Origin: Acidobacteriota bacterium
Lineage (GTDB): Bacteria; Acidobacteriota; Thermoanaerobaculia; UBA5066; Gp7-AA6
Length of the DNA stretch: 57,890 bases
NCBI GenBank assembly: GCA_046735265.1
Contig: JBKPSZ010000194.1
Span: forward strand, 1 to 57,890
Reading direction: 5' to 3'
In this document: positions 27,172-37,363 of the stretch, piece after piece
How positions within the stretch are numbered: position 1 is the first letter of the stretch
How the letters are laid out: the number at the start of each line of letters is the position of its first letter
Position numbers and translations under genes: made by a program
The notes under the pieces: generated by a model
Told to the model about the DNA's origin: nothing
The model's database searches: none
What the model saw: the letters and a program-made list of their open reading frames with translations, nothing else

Positions 27172-28817
27172 CGTTCTTTCGCGTCTTTGCCCGCGACGCG
27201 GAGCCGGCGCAGCTCCGCGAGCTCGGGCCGCGTCGAGCCCGCCACGCTCTGGTCGAGCAGCCGCGTCGAGTACTCGCGTGCGAGGTCCGGCTTCCGAGCG
27301 AGCTCGGCCGCGCGGGCGGCGCCACAGAGCCCGTTGAAGCGGTTCGGGGCGTCGCGGAGCGAGGCCTGGTACTCCGCGAGAGCCTCGGCGGGCCGTCCCA
27401 TGTCGAGGAGCATGTCGCCCACAAGCTCACGGGCCGGAATCGGGACGCCCGGCGTCACCGCGTGCTTGCCGGTCCGGTCTTCGAGGTCGGCGGCGGACCG
27501 GGCGATCCCGAGCGCTTCCTCCTTGCGCCCGTCGCCGTATGCGGCCCAGGCCGCCGCCGCGAGGCGCATCGATTCGACCTGCGCCGCCCAGTCGTAGGGT
27601 CCCGGTACGGGCGACTTCACGAGGCCCGCGTGGATCTTTTCGAGCTCTCCGAGAGCCGCCCGGGCGCGATCCGCCTCACCGCTGCGCGCGGAACCGAGAG
27701 CCTGCGCGTAGTAGGTGATCGCCGGCGCGTAGGGCATGGTCCGCCACGGCAATTCGGCAGTGGAAGGCTCGAGCCGCGCCGCCGCCTTCCAGTCCCGCTG
27801 CTCCAGGGTCCAGCGCGCCGGAACCGCCGCGATGGCGTACCCGGCCGCGAATTGCGCCTCGTCGAAAGTCTTCGCCGTCGCGACCTCTTCGAGGACCTTG
27901 CGTGCGCTCGACGTGTCGCCGACCTGGAGGTAGGCGTACTCGAGGTTGTCGAGCGCGTGGAGCGCGTCGAAGGAGGTCGCGCCCGGGTGCCGGCGGCCGA
28001 CGAGCTGCCGCGCGGCCTCGGCGGAGGCGAGGTTCGAGTCGATCGATTCCCGCCAGAGGCCGAGGCGCGTGAAGATGTGCGACGGCATGTGCAGGGCGTG
28101 CGGCGAGGACGGGGCGATCTTCGCGTAGGCCCGCGCCGCGGGCAGCGCCTCGGCGGCGAGCGCCGGATAGTCGAAGGAGTGGATCATGTAGTGCGCGATG
28201 CCCGGGTGATCCGGCTCGAGCGGAAGCAGGTCGTTCAGCATCTTCGCGGCGCGCTTCTGCTCGGCGTAGGTCGGGTCGTTCTCGGGCGCCGTCGCGCGGA
28301 TCTCGAGGGCGTAGAAGATCGTCGCCTCGTGGTCGTCCGGAAACCGGCGCGCGAGGTCGCCGAGCGCCGCCTCGTAGGCCTCGGCGCGAACGTTGTGACC
28401 GCGGCTTTCCGCGTCCCGATAGAACTCCCCGATCGCTGCGATGTATGCGCGCTCCCGGTCGGTCTTCGCGCCGAGCTCCGCGGCCTTGTCGGCGGCCGAC
28501 TTCCCGGCGGCGAGATCGGCGGGCGTCGGCGGCGCCCAGATCGGGTGGTACCAGGTCATCGCGACTCCCCACCACGCCATGCCGCAGGAGGGATCCTTCG
28601 CCGCCACCTCTTCGAAGGCGCGCCGCGATTCCTCGTAGCCGAAGGAGTGGAGGAGCGCCACCGCGCGCGTGAACTCCCGATCGACGTCGCGGCACGACGT
28701 CGGGAAGTGGACGGTGCCGAGCGCCTCGGCTTCGCCGTGAGAATGGGAATGCTCCTGCGCGAGAGCCGGCGGGGCGAGAAGGAGGAGGGCGCCGAGTCCG
28801 ATTCGAAGGGTTTTCAT
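27168..28817 (-). CDS. secreted TPR-like helical repeat protein
   Basis: ATG 28817 within ORF 27168..28913. Signal peptide MKTLRIGLGALLLLAPPALA, followed by His-rich QEHSHSHGEAE. The rest is all-helical and rich in Ala, Leu and Tyr. Confidence 0.65.
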   Translation of the reverse strand: MKTLRIGLGALLLLAPPALAQEHSHSHGEAEALGTVHFPTSCRDVDREFTRAVALLHSFGYEESRRAFEEVAAKDPSCGMAWWGVAMTWYHPIWAPPTPADLAAGKSAADKAAELGAKTDRERAYIAAIGEFYRDAESRGHNVRAEAYEAALGDLARRFPDDHEATIFYALEIRATAPENDPTYAEQKRAAKMLNDLLPLEPDHPGIAHYMIHSFDYPALAAEALPAARAYAKIAPSSPHALHMPSHIFTRLGLWRESIDSNLASAEAARQLVGRRHPGATSFDALHALDNLEYAYLQVGDTSSARKVLEEVATAKTFDEAQFAAGYAIAAVPARWTLEQRDWKAAARLEPSTAELPWRTMPYAPAITYYAQALGSARSGEADRARAALGELEKIHAGLVKSPVPGPYDWAAQVESMRLAAAAWAAYGDGRKEEALGIARSAADLEDRTGKHAVTPGVPIPARELVGDMLLDMGRPAEALAEYQASLRDAPNRFNGLCGAARAAELARKPDLAREYSTRLLDQSVAGSTRPELAELRRLRVAGKDAKER

Positions 28818-28998
28818 CGAAATTTCCCCCGGAACGCCGAGATTAAGACTCGCGGCGTCCGTCACGAAGAACATTCCTTTTGTCACGGACGATGCGGATT
28901 GAACCCGGTCCACCTGGAAATACCAAACTCGGGCCTCCGGGATTCGTAAAATCCCACGGCCGGCGGGTCCAAGGGCCTGCCGCTCTCAAGGAGGAAGC

Positions 28999-31089
28999 GT
29001 GGTCAGAAACTCTTACCGCTCAATGGTTCGTCTCGTTCCGGCGGCCGTCGCCGCCTTGCTCGCACTGGGAGTCTGCCGAGCGTCGGAAACCGGAGGGTCT
29101 CCGCCGCCTCCCGCGAGCGAGGTCACGAAGGCCTCGGACCGCACCCTCGACATCGGCGGCATGGACACGGCCACGGAGGCCTGCACCGACTTCTATCAGT
29201 TCGGCAACGGCACGTGGCTCGCCAACAATCCGATCCCGCCGGATCGCCCGCGCTGGGGTTCTTTCGACGAGCTGCGCCAGAAGAACCTCGACGATCTCCA
29301 CACGATCCTCGAGAAGCTCGCGGCGGACAAGTCGGCGCCGGTGGCCTCGGACGAACGCAAGCTCGGCGACTTCTACGGCGCGTGCATGGACGAGGCCGCA
29401 ATCGAGGCGAAGGGCCTCTCCCCGATCGAGCCGGAGCTCGCGAAGATCGACGCGATCCAGGATCTCCCGTCGCTCCGCGCCGAGATCACGCGCCTCCAGA
29501 AAATGGGCGTCAATGCCTTGTTCACGTTCGGCTCCGAGGAAGACCGCAAGGAGTCCACGAAGGTGATCGCCGCGCTGCTGCAGGCCGGCCTGGGACTCCC
29601 CGAGCGCGACTACTACACGAAGACGGACGAGAAGTCGGTCGAGCTTCGGAAGAAGTACGTCGCGCACGTTCAGAAGATGCTCGAGCTCGCCGGGACCCCC
29701 TCGGCGAAGGCAGCCGCCGACGCGAAAGCGATTCTCGACCTCGAGACGAAGCTCGCGAAGGCGTCCATGACCAACGTAGATTTCCGCAATCCGGAAAAGA
29801 CGCATCACCCGATGACGATCGCCGCCTTCTCCCAGGCGGCCCCGAATCTCGGGTGGGAAACCTACTTCGCCGACCAGGGCCTCCCGGCGTCGACGCCGCT
29901 GAACGTCTGGCAGCCCGACTTCTTCAAGGCCGCGAACGGACTCGTCAAGTCCGAGCCGCTTCCCCTCTGGAAGACCTACCTGCGCTGGCACCTCCTCTCG
30001 GCGGCGGCGCCCACGTTGTCCAAGAAGTTCGTGGACGAGAACTTCGCCTTCTACGGCAAGACGCTCTCGGGCACTCCGGAGAACCAGCCGCGCTGGAAGC
30101 GCTGCGTGAGCGCGACCGACAACGCGATGGGGATGGCGCTCGGCCGGATCTACGTCAAGGAGTACTTCCCTCCGGAGGCGAAGAAGCGCGCGGACGAACT
30201 CGTCCGGAACCTCCTCCTCGCCCTGAAGGAGGACATCCAGGATCTGCCGTGGATGAGCGAGGCGACGAAGAAGGCGGCGGCCGAGAAGGTCGCGACGTTC
30301 TACCCGAAGATCGGCTATCCCGACAAGTGGCGCGACTACTCGGCGCTCACGGTCGCTCCCGGGGCCTACGCGGCGAGCGCGCTCGCGGCATCCGAGTTCG
30401 AATGGAAGCGGGACGCCGCGAAGATCGGCAATCCCGTCGACCGCAACGACTGGGGCCTGTCGCCGCCTACGGTCAACGCCTACTACAACGCGGCGAAGAA
30501 CGAGATCGTGTTTCCGGCCGGGATCTTCCAGCCTCCGTTCTTCTACGGCGAGGGGGACGACGCCATCAACTACGGGGCGATCGGAGGCGTGATCGGCCAC
30601 GAGATCATCCACGGATTCGACAACTCCGGACGCAAGTACGACGCGAAGGGAAACCAGGTGGACTGGTGGACGGCCGAGGACGGTAAGAACTTCGACGAGC
30701 GCGCCAAGTGCATCATCCAGCAGTACGACGGGTTCTACGTCGACAAGGACACGCACGAAAACGGCGATCTCGTCCAGGGAGAGGCGATCGCCGACCTGGG
30801 CGGCCTGACGATCGCGTTCCGCGCGTATCAGATGAGTCTCAAGGGAAAGCCCGCGCCGGAGCCGATCGGCGGTTTGACCGGCGACCAGCGCTTCTTCGTC
30901 GCGAACGCGCGGATCTGGGCCTCGAACCACCGGCCGGAGTTCGCGCGGCTGATGGCGTCGACCAACGAGCACGCTCTCGGCAAGTTCCGCTCGATCGGAA
31001 CGGTGTCCAACATGCCCGAGTTCGCGAAGACGTTCGGCTGCAAGCCCGACGCGGCGATGGTGAAGGCCGCGCGCTGTCAGATCTGGTGA
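28999..31089 (+). CDS. M13-family metallopeptidase (neprilysin/PepO/endothelin-converting-enzyme-like)
   Basis: 696 aa. GTG start with AAGGAGGAAGC upstream; signal or lipoprotein-like N-terminus. HEIIHGFD (HExxH), GEAIADLGG (ExxxD), NAYY. Confidence 0.9.
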   Translation: MVRNSYRSMVRLVPAAVAALLALGVCRASETGGSPPPPASEVTKASDRTLDIGGMDTATEACTDFYQFGNGTWLANNPIPPDRPRWGSFDELRQKNLDDLHTILEKLAADKSAPVASDERKLGDFYGACMDEAAIEAKGLSPIEPELAKIDAIQDLPSLRAEITRLQKMGVNALFTFGSEEDRKESTKVIAALLQAGLGLPERDYYTKTDEKSVELRKKYVAHVQKMLELAGTPSAKAAADAKAILDLETKLAKASMTNVDFRNPEKTHHPMTIAAFSQAAPNLGWETYFADQGLPASTPLNVWQPDFFKAANGLVKSEPLPLWKTYLRWHLLSAAAPTLSKKFVDENFAFYGKTLSGTPENQPRWKRCVSATDNAMGMALGRIYVKEYFPPEAKKRADELVRNLLLALKEDIQDLPWMSEATKKAAAEKVATFYPKIGYPDKWRDYSALTVAPGAYAASALAASEFEWKRDAAKIGNPVDRNDWGLSPPTVNAYYNAAKNEIVFPAGIFQPPFFYGEGDDAINYGAIGGVIGHEIIHGFDNSGRKYDAKGNQVDWWTAEDGKNFDERAKCIIQQYDGFYVDKDTHENGDLVQGEAIADLGGLTIAFRAYQMSLKGKPAPEPIGGLTGDQRFFVANARIWASNHRPEFARLMASTNEHALGKFRSIGTVSNMPEFAKTFGCKPDAAMVKAARCQIW

Positions 31090-31101
31090 CGTGATCCCGG
31101 A

Positions 31102-31123
31102 GGGCGGGCGACGGCGCCCGCCC
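31102..31123 (+). terminator. GC-rich hairpin after the M13 peptidase gene
   Basis: GGGCGGGCG-ACGG-CGCCCGCCC, a 9-bp perfect stem 13 nt after the stop, followed by TTCGAT (weak U-tract). Confidence 0.45.
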
Positions 31124-31342
31124 TTCGATCCCTCGATCCGCCGGCCCGTTCTTGCGCTCGGCGATTGCGCGCCGGCGCCTCACCGTGATCTCCGAATCCA
31201 GGACAGATGCCGTCCGCTTCGGCTCCCGCCGTGCCCGGCCCGTCCTGTCGCATCGGCGAATCTTCCGCCGAGGAGTAGATTCGGGTCTCCGAAGGCGCTG
31301 CCTCCCCGCGGCGAGGCGCTTCGCGACCGAAAGGAGGAGCCC

Positions 31343-31843
31343 ATGATGCTGACGCCGTCGGACGCTTCCCGCCTCTTCGCGTACACGCGCTGGGCGAGCG
31401 GAAAGACGCTCGACTCCGCCGAGATCCTGACTCCGGAGGAATTCACGCGGCCGGCCGGGGGCAGCTTCGGCTCCGTTCAGGCGACGTTCGCGCACCTCTG
31501 GGGAGCGGATTGGGTCTGGCTCGAACGCTGGCACGGACGTTCTCCGAAGGCGCTGCCCGACCCGAAGAGAGTGCCGACGCTCGCGTCGGTGCGGGAAGAG
31601 TGGGGCGCCGTCCAGAACGCGCAGAAGGAATTCGTCGAAGGCATCACGGCGGAAGGGATGGCCGCGCCTCTCGTGTATCAGGGATTCGACGGAAAGACGT
31701 TCCACCGCACGATCGGCGACGCGCTCCTCCACGTCGCCAACCACGGCACGTATCATCGCGGCCAGATCGCGACGCTCCTCCGGCAGCTCGGGAAGACGCC
31801 GGTCTCAACCGACTTCTTCCGTTACGTGGACGCGGGCGGATAG
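31343..31843 (+). CDS. DinB-family (four-helix-bundle, metal-binding) protein
   Basis: ATG 31343 (AAGGAGGAGC RBS) within ORF 31091..31843. LFAYTRWASGKTLD...HLWGADWVWLERW...HVANHGTYHRGQIATLLRQLG. Confidence 0.8.
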   Translation: MMLTPSDASRLFAYTRWASGKTLDSAEILTPEEFTRPAGGSFGSVQATFAHLWGADWVWLERWHGRSPKALPDPKRVPTLASVREEWGAVQNAQKEFVEGITAEGMAAPLVYQGFDGKTFHRTIGDALLHVANHGTYHRGQIATLLRQLGKTPVSTDFFRYVDAGG

Positions 31844-31858
31844 GCGACGGAAGCTCGG

Positions 31859-33130
31859 ATGGCCCCGAACGACATCTTCGTTGCGGCGGGGTTGCGCACG
31901 CCTTTCGTCCGCGTGGACGGCCCCTTCGCCGGCCGAGACGCGCTGTCTCTCTCGGTTCCGGTTTTCCAGGCGATGGCGCGGGAAGTTCCGGGGCCGATCG
32001 ACTTCGCGGTCTGGGGCAGCGTCGTTCCGAACCTCGCCTACAGCAATCTCGCGCGCGAAGTGTGGCTCGAGGCGGGGCTCGATCCGCACGTGCCGAGCTT
32101 CACGACGATCCTCCAGTGCGCGACGAGCATGGTCGGCGTCTTCGAGGCCGCGGGGCTGCTTCGCGGCGACGGCCCGTCTCTCGCCCTCGTCGGAGGTGTG
32201 GAGGCGATGAGCCGCGTTCAGATCGGGCTCGGTCAGAGACTCTCGGACGGACTGCGGCGGGTCCTGCAGGCGAAGAGCTTCGGCCGGCGGCTGCAGGCGC
32301 TGCGCGCGGTGCGACTCCGCGACCTGCGTCTCTATCTCCCGGAAGTGAAGAACCGGGCGACCGGAAAGAGCATGGGCGAGCACTGCGAGGAGATGGCGAA
32401 GACCTGGGGAATCGGACGGCGCGAACAGGACGAGGTGGCGCTCGCGAGCCACGAGCGGACGCTCGCGGCGCGGGCGCGGGGCTTCTTCCGCGATCTCGTG
32501 TTCGAGCTCGACGGGACCTCCCAGGACGCCTTCCCGAGAGCGGACACGTCCCTCGCGAAGCTCGCGGCGCTCCCGCCGGCCTTCGACAAGAAGAGCGGCC
32601 GCGGAACGCTGACGGCGGGGAACAGCTCGCCGCTGACCGACGGCGCGGCCGGAGTCTGGGTGGCGACCGAAGCCGGCCTCTCGCGACTGCCGGCCTCGCT
32701 TCCGCGCGCCCGGCTCGTCGACTTCGAGATGGCCGCCGTCGACCTCTTCCACGAAGGGCTCCTGATGGCGCCGGTGCCGGCGATCGCGCGCCTCCTCGCG
32801 CGCCGGAAGCTCGAATTCGAGGACGTCTCGCTCTGGGAGCTCCACGAGGCGTTTGCGGCACAGGTGCTCTGCAACATCCGCGGGCTCGAGGACGCGGCGT
32901 ACGTCGCGGAGAAGACCGGCCTGCCGCACACCTTCGGCGCGTTCCCCAAGGACCGCGTGAACCCGAACGGCGGATCGATCGCGATCGGGCACCCTTTCGG
33001 CGCGACCGGCGCGCGCATCCTCTCCCACGCCGTCGCGGAGCTCTCGGCGAGGGAGCAGGGAAGCCGCGCGATCGTTTCGATCTGCGCCGACGGAGGCCAG
33101 GGCACCGTCGCGTTGCTCGAGCGGGCGTGA
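31859..33130 (+). CDS. acetyl-CoA C-acyltransferase (thiolase family, FadI/FadA-like)
   Basis: 423 aa. Active-site Cys context TILQCATSMVG, NPNGGSIAIGHPFGATGAR, and a C-terminal SICADGGQG. Confidence 0.85.
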   Translation: MAPNDIFVAAGLRTPFVRVDGPFAGRDALSLSVPVFQAMAREVPGPIDFAVWGSVVPNLAYSNLAREVWLEAGLDPHVPSFTTILQCATSMVGVFEAAGLLRGDGPSLALVGGVEAMSRVQIGLGQRLSDGLRRVLQAKSFGRRLQALRAVRLRDLRLYLPEVKNRATGKSMGEHCEEMAKTWGIGRREQDEVALASHERTLAARARGFFRDLVFELDGTSQDAFPRADTSLAKLAALPPAFDKKSGRGTLTAGNSSPLTDGAAGVWVATEAGLSRLPASLPRARLVDFEMAAVDLFHEGLLMAPVPAIARLLARRKLEFEDVSLWELHEAFAAQVLCNIRGLEDAAYVAEKTGLPHTFGAFPKDRVNPNGGSIAIGHPFGATGARILSHAVAELSAREQGSRAIVSICADGGQGTVALLERA

Positions 33131-33167
33131 TGACGATCCGCCGGCTCTCCTCCGAAGCGGAGATCTG

Positions 33168-34763
33168 ATGTCATCCCGCGGCCCCTGCGACGATTCGGCG
33201 GCCCGCTGGGCCGTCGGGGAAAGTCCCTGCGCGCGGCCCGCTCGACCGTGGGTCCTGGCGGCGACGATCCTCGGCTCGAGCATGGCCTTCGTGGACATGA
33301 CGATCGTCAACGTCTCCCTTCCCGTGATTCAGTCGCGCCTCGGAGCCTCGGGGACCGGCGCGCAGTGGATCGTCGAGGCCTATGCCCTCTTCGTCTCCGC
33401 GCTCATTCTCGCGGGAGGGGCGCTCGGAGACCGGCTCGGCCGGCGCCGGGTCTTTCTCACGGGCATCGCGATCTTCGCCCTCTCCTCGGCGGCGTGCGGT
33501 CTCGCCCGGGACGTGGCCGAGCTCGTCGCCGCGCGCGCGATTCAGGGCATCGGAGCCGCGCTCCTCGTCCCCAACAGCCTCGCGATCCTGGGCGCCTCCT
33601 TTCCCGCGTCGGAGCGGGGCCGGGCGATCGGGACCTGGTCCGCCTTCTCCTCGGTCGCGAGTGCGGTCGGGCCTCTGGCCGGCGGCTGGCTGGTCCAGTC
33701 CATCTCCTGGCGCGCGGCTTTCTTCGTGAACCTGCCGATCGCGGCCGCCGTCGCGGGGATCTCCGTGTTCTTCGTGCCGGAGAGCCGGAATCCCGACGCC
33801 CGGCGCCTGGACGTGCTCGGCGCGTCGCTCGTAACCCTCGGTCTCGCGGGCTCGACCTACGCGCTGATCGAATCGGCCGATCGAGGCTGGAGCGACGCTC
33901 GCGTCCTCGCTTCGCTCGCAATCGGGGCGTTCGGGCTCGTCGCTTTCGTCTTCCAGGAGCGCAGAAGCCCGCACCCGATGGTCCCGCCGTCTCTCTTTCG
34001 CATCCGCGCCTTCCTCGCGGCGAACCTCCTGACTCTTTTTCTCTACGCCGCGCTCGGGGCGTCCCTGTACTTCATCTCCTTCGACCTGATCCAGGCCCAG
34101 GGATGGACGCCGACGGCCACCGGAGCGGCGATCGTGCCTCTGATCGTTTTCATGTTCGCGCTCTCCCGCTGGTCGGGCGCGCTCGCCGACCGCATCGGCC
34201 CGCGTCTCCAGCTCACATGGGGACCGGCGATCACCGCGCTCGGATTCGCGCTCCTCGCCATCCCCGGCGCCGGCGCGAACTTCTGGACCGGTTTCCTCCC
34301 CGGGCTTTGCGCGATCGGTTTCGGAATGGCCCTGACCGTGGCTCCGCTGACCACGGTCGTGCTCGGCGCGGTAGACTCCCGCCACGCCGGCACCGCCTCC
34401 GGCGTCAACAACGCGGTCGCGCGCGTCGCGGGCCTGCTCGCGATCGCCGCGCTCGGAATCCTCTTCGCGGGCATCTTCCACCGTTCGCTCGATCGAAGAC
34501 TCGCGTCGGCCCAAGTCTCTTCAGCTACTCGGGAGCACGTGCGGGCGGAGAGCGGGAAGCTCGGCGCGACGAGGCCGCCGCCCGCCGCCCCGCGCGACGA
34601 GGCGCGGACCGTCGAGAGCGCCGTGCGGGACTCCGTCGCCGTTTCGTTTCGCGTCGTATCGCTCGCGTGCGCCGCGCTGGCGCTCGCCGCGTCGGGCTGC
34701 GCGGCCTGGGGGATCCGGGGCGGGCGGGAGTCGCATCGCGCCGCCAAGCGCGCCGCCGCGTGA
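33168..34763 (+). CDS. MFS transporter, DHA2 (EmrB/QacA-like) family
   Basis: 531 aa. FVDMTIVNVSLPVIQ...GALGDRLGRRRVFLTG with about 14 TMS. It is a paralogue of 2891..4405. Confidence 0.85.
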   Translation: MSSRGPCDDSAARWAVGESPCARPARPWVLAATILGSSMAFVDMTIVNVSLPVIQSRLGASGTGAQWIVEAYALFVSALILAGGALGDRLGRRRVFLTGIAIFALSSAACGLARDVAELVAARAIQGIGAALLVPNSLAILGASFPASERGRAIGTWSAFSSVASAVGPLAGGWLVQSISWRAAFFVNLPIAAAVAGISVFFVPESRNPDARRLDVLGASLVTLGLAGSTYALIESADRGWSDARVLASLAIGAFGLVAFVFQERRSPHPMVPPSLFRIRAFLAANLLTLFLYAALGASLYFISFDLIQAQGWTPTATGAAIVPLIVFMFALSRWSGALADRIGPRLQLTWGPAITALGFALLAIPGAGANFWTGFLPGLCAIGFGMALTVAPLTTVVLGAVDSRHAGTASGVNNAVARVAGLLAIAALGILFAGIFHRSLDRRLASAQVSSATREHVRAESGKLGATRPPPAAPRDEARTVESAVRDSVAVSFRVVSLACAALALAASGCAAWGIRGGRESHRAAKRAAA

Positions 34764-34794
34764 GCGGCCGCGAATCCGACACCTCGTTCTGCGC

Positions 34795-34812
34795 CTGTTC
34801 GAAAGCGAACAG
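34795..34812 (+). terminator. short hairpin after the MFS gene (weak terminator candidate)
   Basis: CTGTTCG-AAAG-CGAACAG, a 7-bp stem 32 nt after the stop. No U-tract. Confidence 0.25.
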
Positions 34813-34893
34813 CGACCTCCCAGAAGCGGACAAGATCCGGCGCCGTCCGGGACCGAACTCGAGTCGGGTCCGCGACTTGCCCGGCGCGGCGGA

Positions 34894-34909
34894 TGGCACG
34901 GCGGTCGCA
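34894..34909 (+). promoter_or_regulatory. sigma-54 (-24/-12)-like promoter candidate upstream of the intact ADOP permease gene
   Basis: TGGCACGgcggTCGCA compared with TGGCACG-N4-TTGCW. It lies 27 nt before ATG 34936, which would leave a short leader containing SD GGGAGG (34924-34929). Confidence 0.35.
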
Positions 34910-34935
34910 CTCCCGCACACCACGGGAGGTGAACG

Positions 34936-37338
34936 ATGCGCTCCTTCCTCGCCGACGTCCGATTCGGGCTGCGCGGGCTCGCGAGGAACCCGGGGTTCGC
35001 CGCCGTCGCCGTCGCGACGCTGGCCCTCGGAATCGGAGCGACGGTCGCCGTCTTCGGCGTCGCCGACGCGGCGCTCCTGCGGCCGCTTCCCTATCCCGAG
35101 CCGGAGCGCCTCGTGCGCGTCGGCTCGAAGCACTCGGTCAAGAATCCGGAAGGCATCGGCGCCTCCTACATGGACTTCCGCGACTGGCGCGAACGCAGCC
35201 GCTCCTTCGAAAAGCTGGGCGCCGGGCTCGAGTCCTCGGCAGTCCTCGGGGGCAGTGAAGGCGCCGACCGGATCACGACCGTGTGGGCGTCCTCCGACCT
35301 TCTTCCGGCGCTCGGGATCGAGCCGGTCCTCGGGCGAAACTTTCGCGACGACGAGGATCGCGAGGGGGGCGACACGCATGTCGCGATACTTTCGGAGACC
35401 CTCTGGAAGACGCGCTTCGGCGGCGATCCTTCGATTCTCGGCCGCAAGATCCTGGTCGAGGGGAACCCCTACGAGATCGTCGGCGTGGTACCGGAGGACG
35501 AGCTCTTTTTCGACCGCGCGGGACTCCTGATCCCGCTCGTCAACCAGGCGTTCCCCGGGCGTTCCGGGCGCGCGATCGACGTCGTGGGGCGTCTCGCGCC
35601 CGGCGTGCCCCTCGCGACGGCCCGGGGCGAAATGGACTCGATCGGACGCGCGATCGCGCGCGAATATCCGGAAGAGGAAACCGGCTTCTCCGTCGTCGTG
35701 GAGCCTCTGCACGACTCGCTCCTCGGCGGCCGGCGGCCCGCGCTCCTCGTCCTGTCCGGCGCGGTCGTCCTGCTCCTCCTAATCGCGTGCGCGAACACGG
35801 CGAATCTCCTCCTCGCACGGGGAGCCTCCCGCCGCCGCGAGCTCGCGGTACGGGCCGCGCTCGGAGCACGTCGCGGGAGGCTCGCCCGGCAGCTCCTCGC
35901 GGAGAGCGGCGCGCTTGCCCTCGTCGGCGGCGCCGCGGGGCTCGCCGTCGCGTGGGGACTGCTCGCCGCGATCCGGCGGATGGTCGGCGATGCGCTTCCG
36001 CGAATCGAGTCGGCTGGTGCCGACGGCCGGACGGCGCTCTTCGCGGTCGGGGCTTCGGCGGCCACGGCCCTCCTCTTCGGGGCGATCCCGGCGCTCCTCG
36101 CTTCGGGGCGCGCCATGGCGACAGGACTGCGCGGACCGGGGCGCGGCTCCGGCGCCGAAAAGGCGCGTGCGCTCGACGGCCTCGTCCTCTTCCAGACGGC
36201 GCTCTGCGTCGTGCTGCTCGTCGCCGCGGGGCTCCTCGGCGGCAGCTACTTGCGGCTTTCGAGGACCAACCCGGGCTTCGCGCCGGAGCGGGTGCTCGCG
36301 GCGAACCTCTCGCTGCCGCGGGGCGTGTACAACCGCGACCCCGAGCGACGCACCGCCCTGCTCGAGCGCGTCGCGGCTCGAGTCGCCGCGCTCCCCGGCG
36401 TACGAGCGGCGGGCATGACCGGCTGGCTCCCTTCGAAAGGCTCCATGACGATGTCCTTCACGCCCGAAGGTCATCCCGTTCGCTCGCGCGCCGAGTCCCC
36501 GCAGGGGGAGCTTCGCGAGATCACTTCGGGAACCTTCGCGGCCCTGAGAGTTCCGATCCTCGCCGGGCGCGGCATTCTCGACGGAGATCGCGCCGACTCG
36601 GCGCCGGTCATCGTCGTGAACCGGAGGCTCGCCGAGAAGCTCTGGCCCGGCCGCTCCGCGGTCGGGCGGCACGTCACGCTCTTCGTCGACAAGGTCGAGC
36701 GGGAAGTCGTCGGCGTCGTCGGAGACGTCAAGCGGCTGGACCGCGGCGCGCAGTCGCCCGACCAGATGTACGTGCCCCTCTCGCAGGACCCCCTCTTCAT
36801 CGGCGTCTGGCTCCTCGCGCGCGCGGAGGGGGACCCCGGCGCGCTCGCGGCGTCGATCGAGAGGGTCGTTCGCGAGCTCGATCCGGGTGTCGCGGTCTCG
36901 CAGGTCGAGACGATGTCGCGCGTCCTCTCGGGAAGCGTCGCGGAGCCGCGCCTGCGGACGGCGCTCATCGGTTTCTTCGCCGCGGCGGCGCTCCTTCTTG
37001 CTTCGATCGGTCTCTACGGCGTCATCGCGTACGCCGTCACGCGCCGGCGCTACGAGATCGGCGTGCGCGTGGCGATGGGAGCGACTCCGGGAGAAATCCT
37101 GGGGCTCTTCGTGAAGGGGGGACTGCGGCTCGCCGCCGTCGGGATCGCCGCGGGCGTCGTCGGAGCGGCGGCCGCGACGCGGCTCCTCGCCGGGCTCCTC
37201 TACGGAATCCGTCCGCTCGATCCGGCGACCTTCGCGGCGGCCGCCTCGCTGCTCCTCGCCGTGTCCTTCGTCGCGACCGTCCTGCCCGCGCGGCGGGCGG
37301 CCGCGACCGATCCGATCCAGGCGCTGCGGTCGGACTGA
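34936..37338 (+). CDS. ADOP-family (MacB/FtsX-like) ABC transporter permease, intact
   Basis: 800 aa. MRSFLADVRFGLRGLARNPGFAAVAVATLALGIGA, two FtsX-type 4-TM bundles, and a C-terminal ARRAAATDPIQALRSD. Confidence 0.9.
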   Translation: MRSFLADVRFGLRGLARNPGFAAVAVATLALGIGATVAVFGVADAALLRPLPYPEPERLVRVGSKHSVKNPEGIGASYMDFRDWRERSRSFEKLGAGLESSAVLGGSEGADRITTVWASSDLLPALGIEPVLGRNFRDDEDREGGDTHVAILSETLWKTRFGGDPSILGRKILVEGNPYEIVGVVPEDELFFDRAGLLIPLVNQAFPGRSGRAIDVVGRLAPGVPLATARGEMDSIGRAIAREYPEEETGFSVVVEPLHDSLLGGRRPALLVLSGAVVLLLLIACANTANLLLARGASRRRELAVRAALGARRGRLARQLLAESGALALVGGAAGLAVAWGLLAAIRRMVGDALPRIESAGADGRTALFAVGASAATALLFGAIPALLASGRAMATGLRGPGRGSGAEKARALDGLVLFQTALCVVLLVAAGLLGGSYLRLSRTNPGFAPERVLAANLSLPRGVYNRDPERRTALLERVAARVAALPGVRAAGMTGWLPSKGSMTMSFTPEGHPVRSRAESPQGELREITSGTFAALRVPILAGRGILDGDRADSAPVIVVNRRLAEKLWPGRSAVGRHVTLFVDKVEREVVGVVGDVKRLDRGAQSPDQMYVPLSQDPLFIGVWLLARAEGDPGALAASIERVVRELDPGVAVSQVETMSRVLSGSVAEPRLRTALIGFFAAAALLLASIGLYGVIAYAVTRRRYEIGVRVAMGATPGEILGLFVKGGLRLAAVGIAAGVVGAAAATRLLAGLLYGIRPLDPATFAAAASLLLAVSFVATVLPARRAAATDPIQALRSD

Positions 37339-37363
37339 GAGGCGGCACGGCCCCGCCGCTGGA

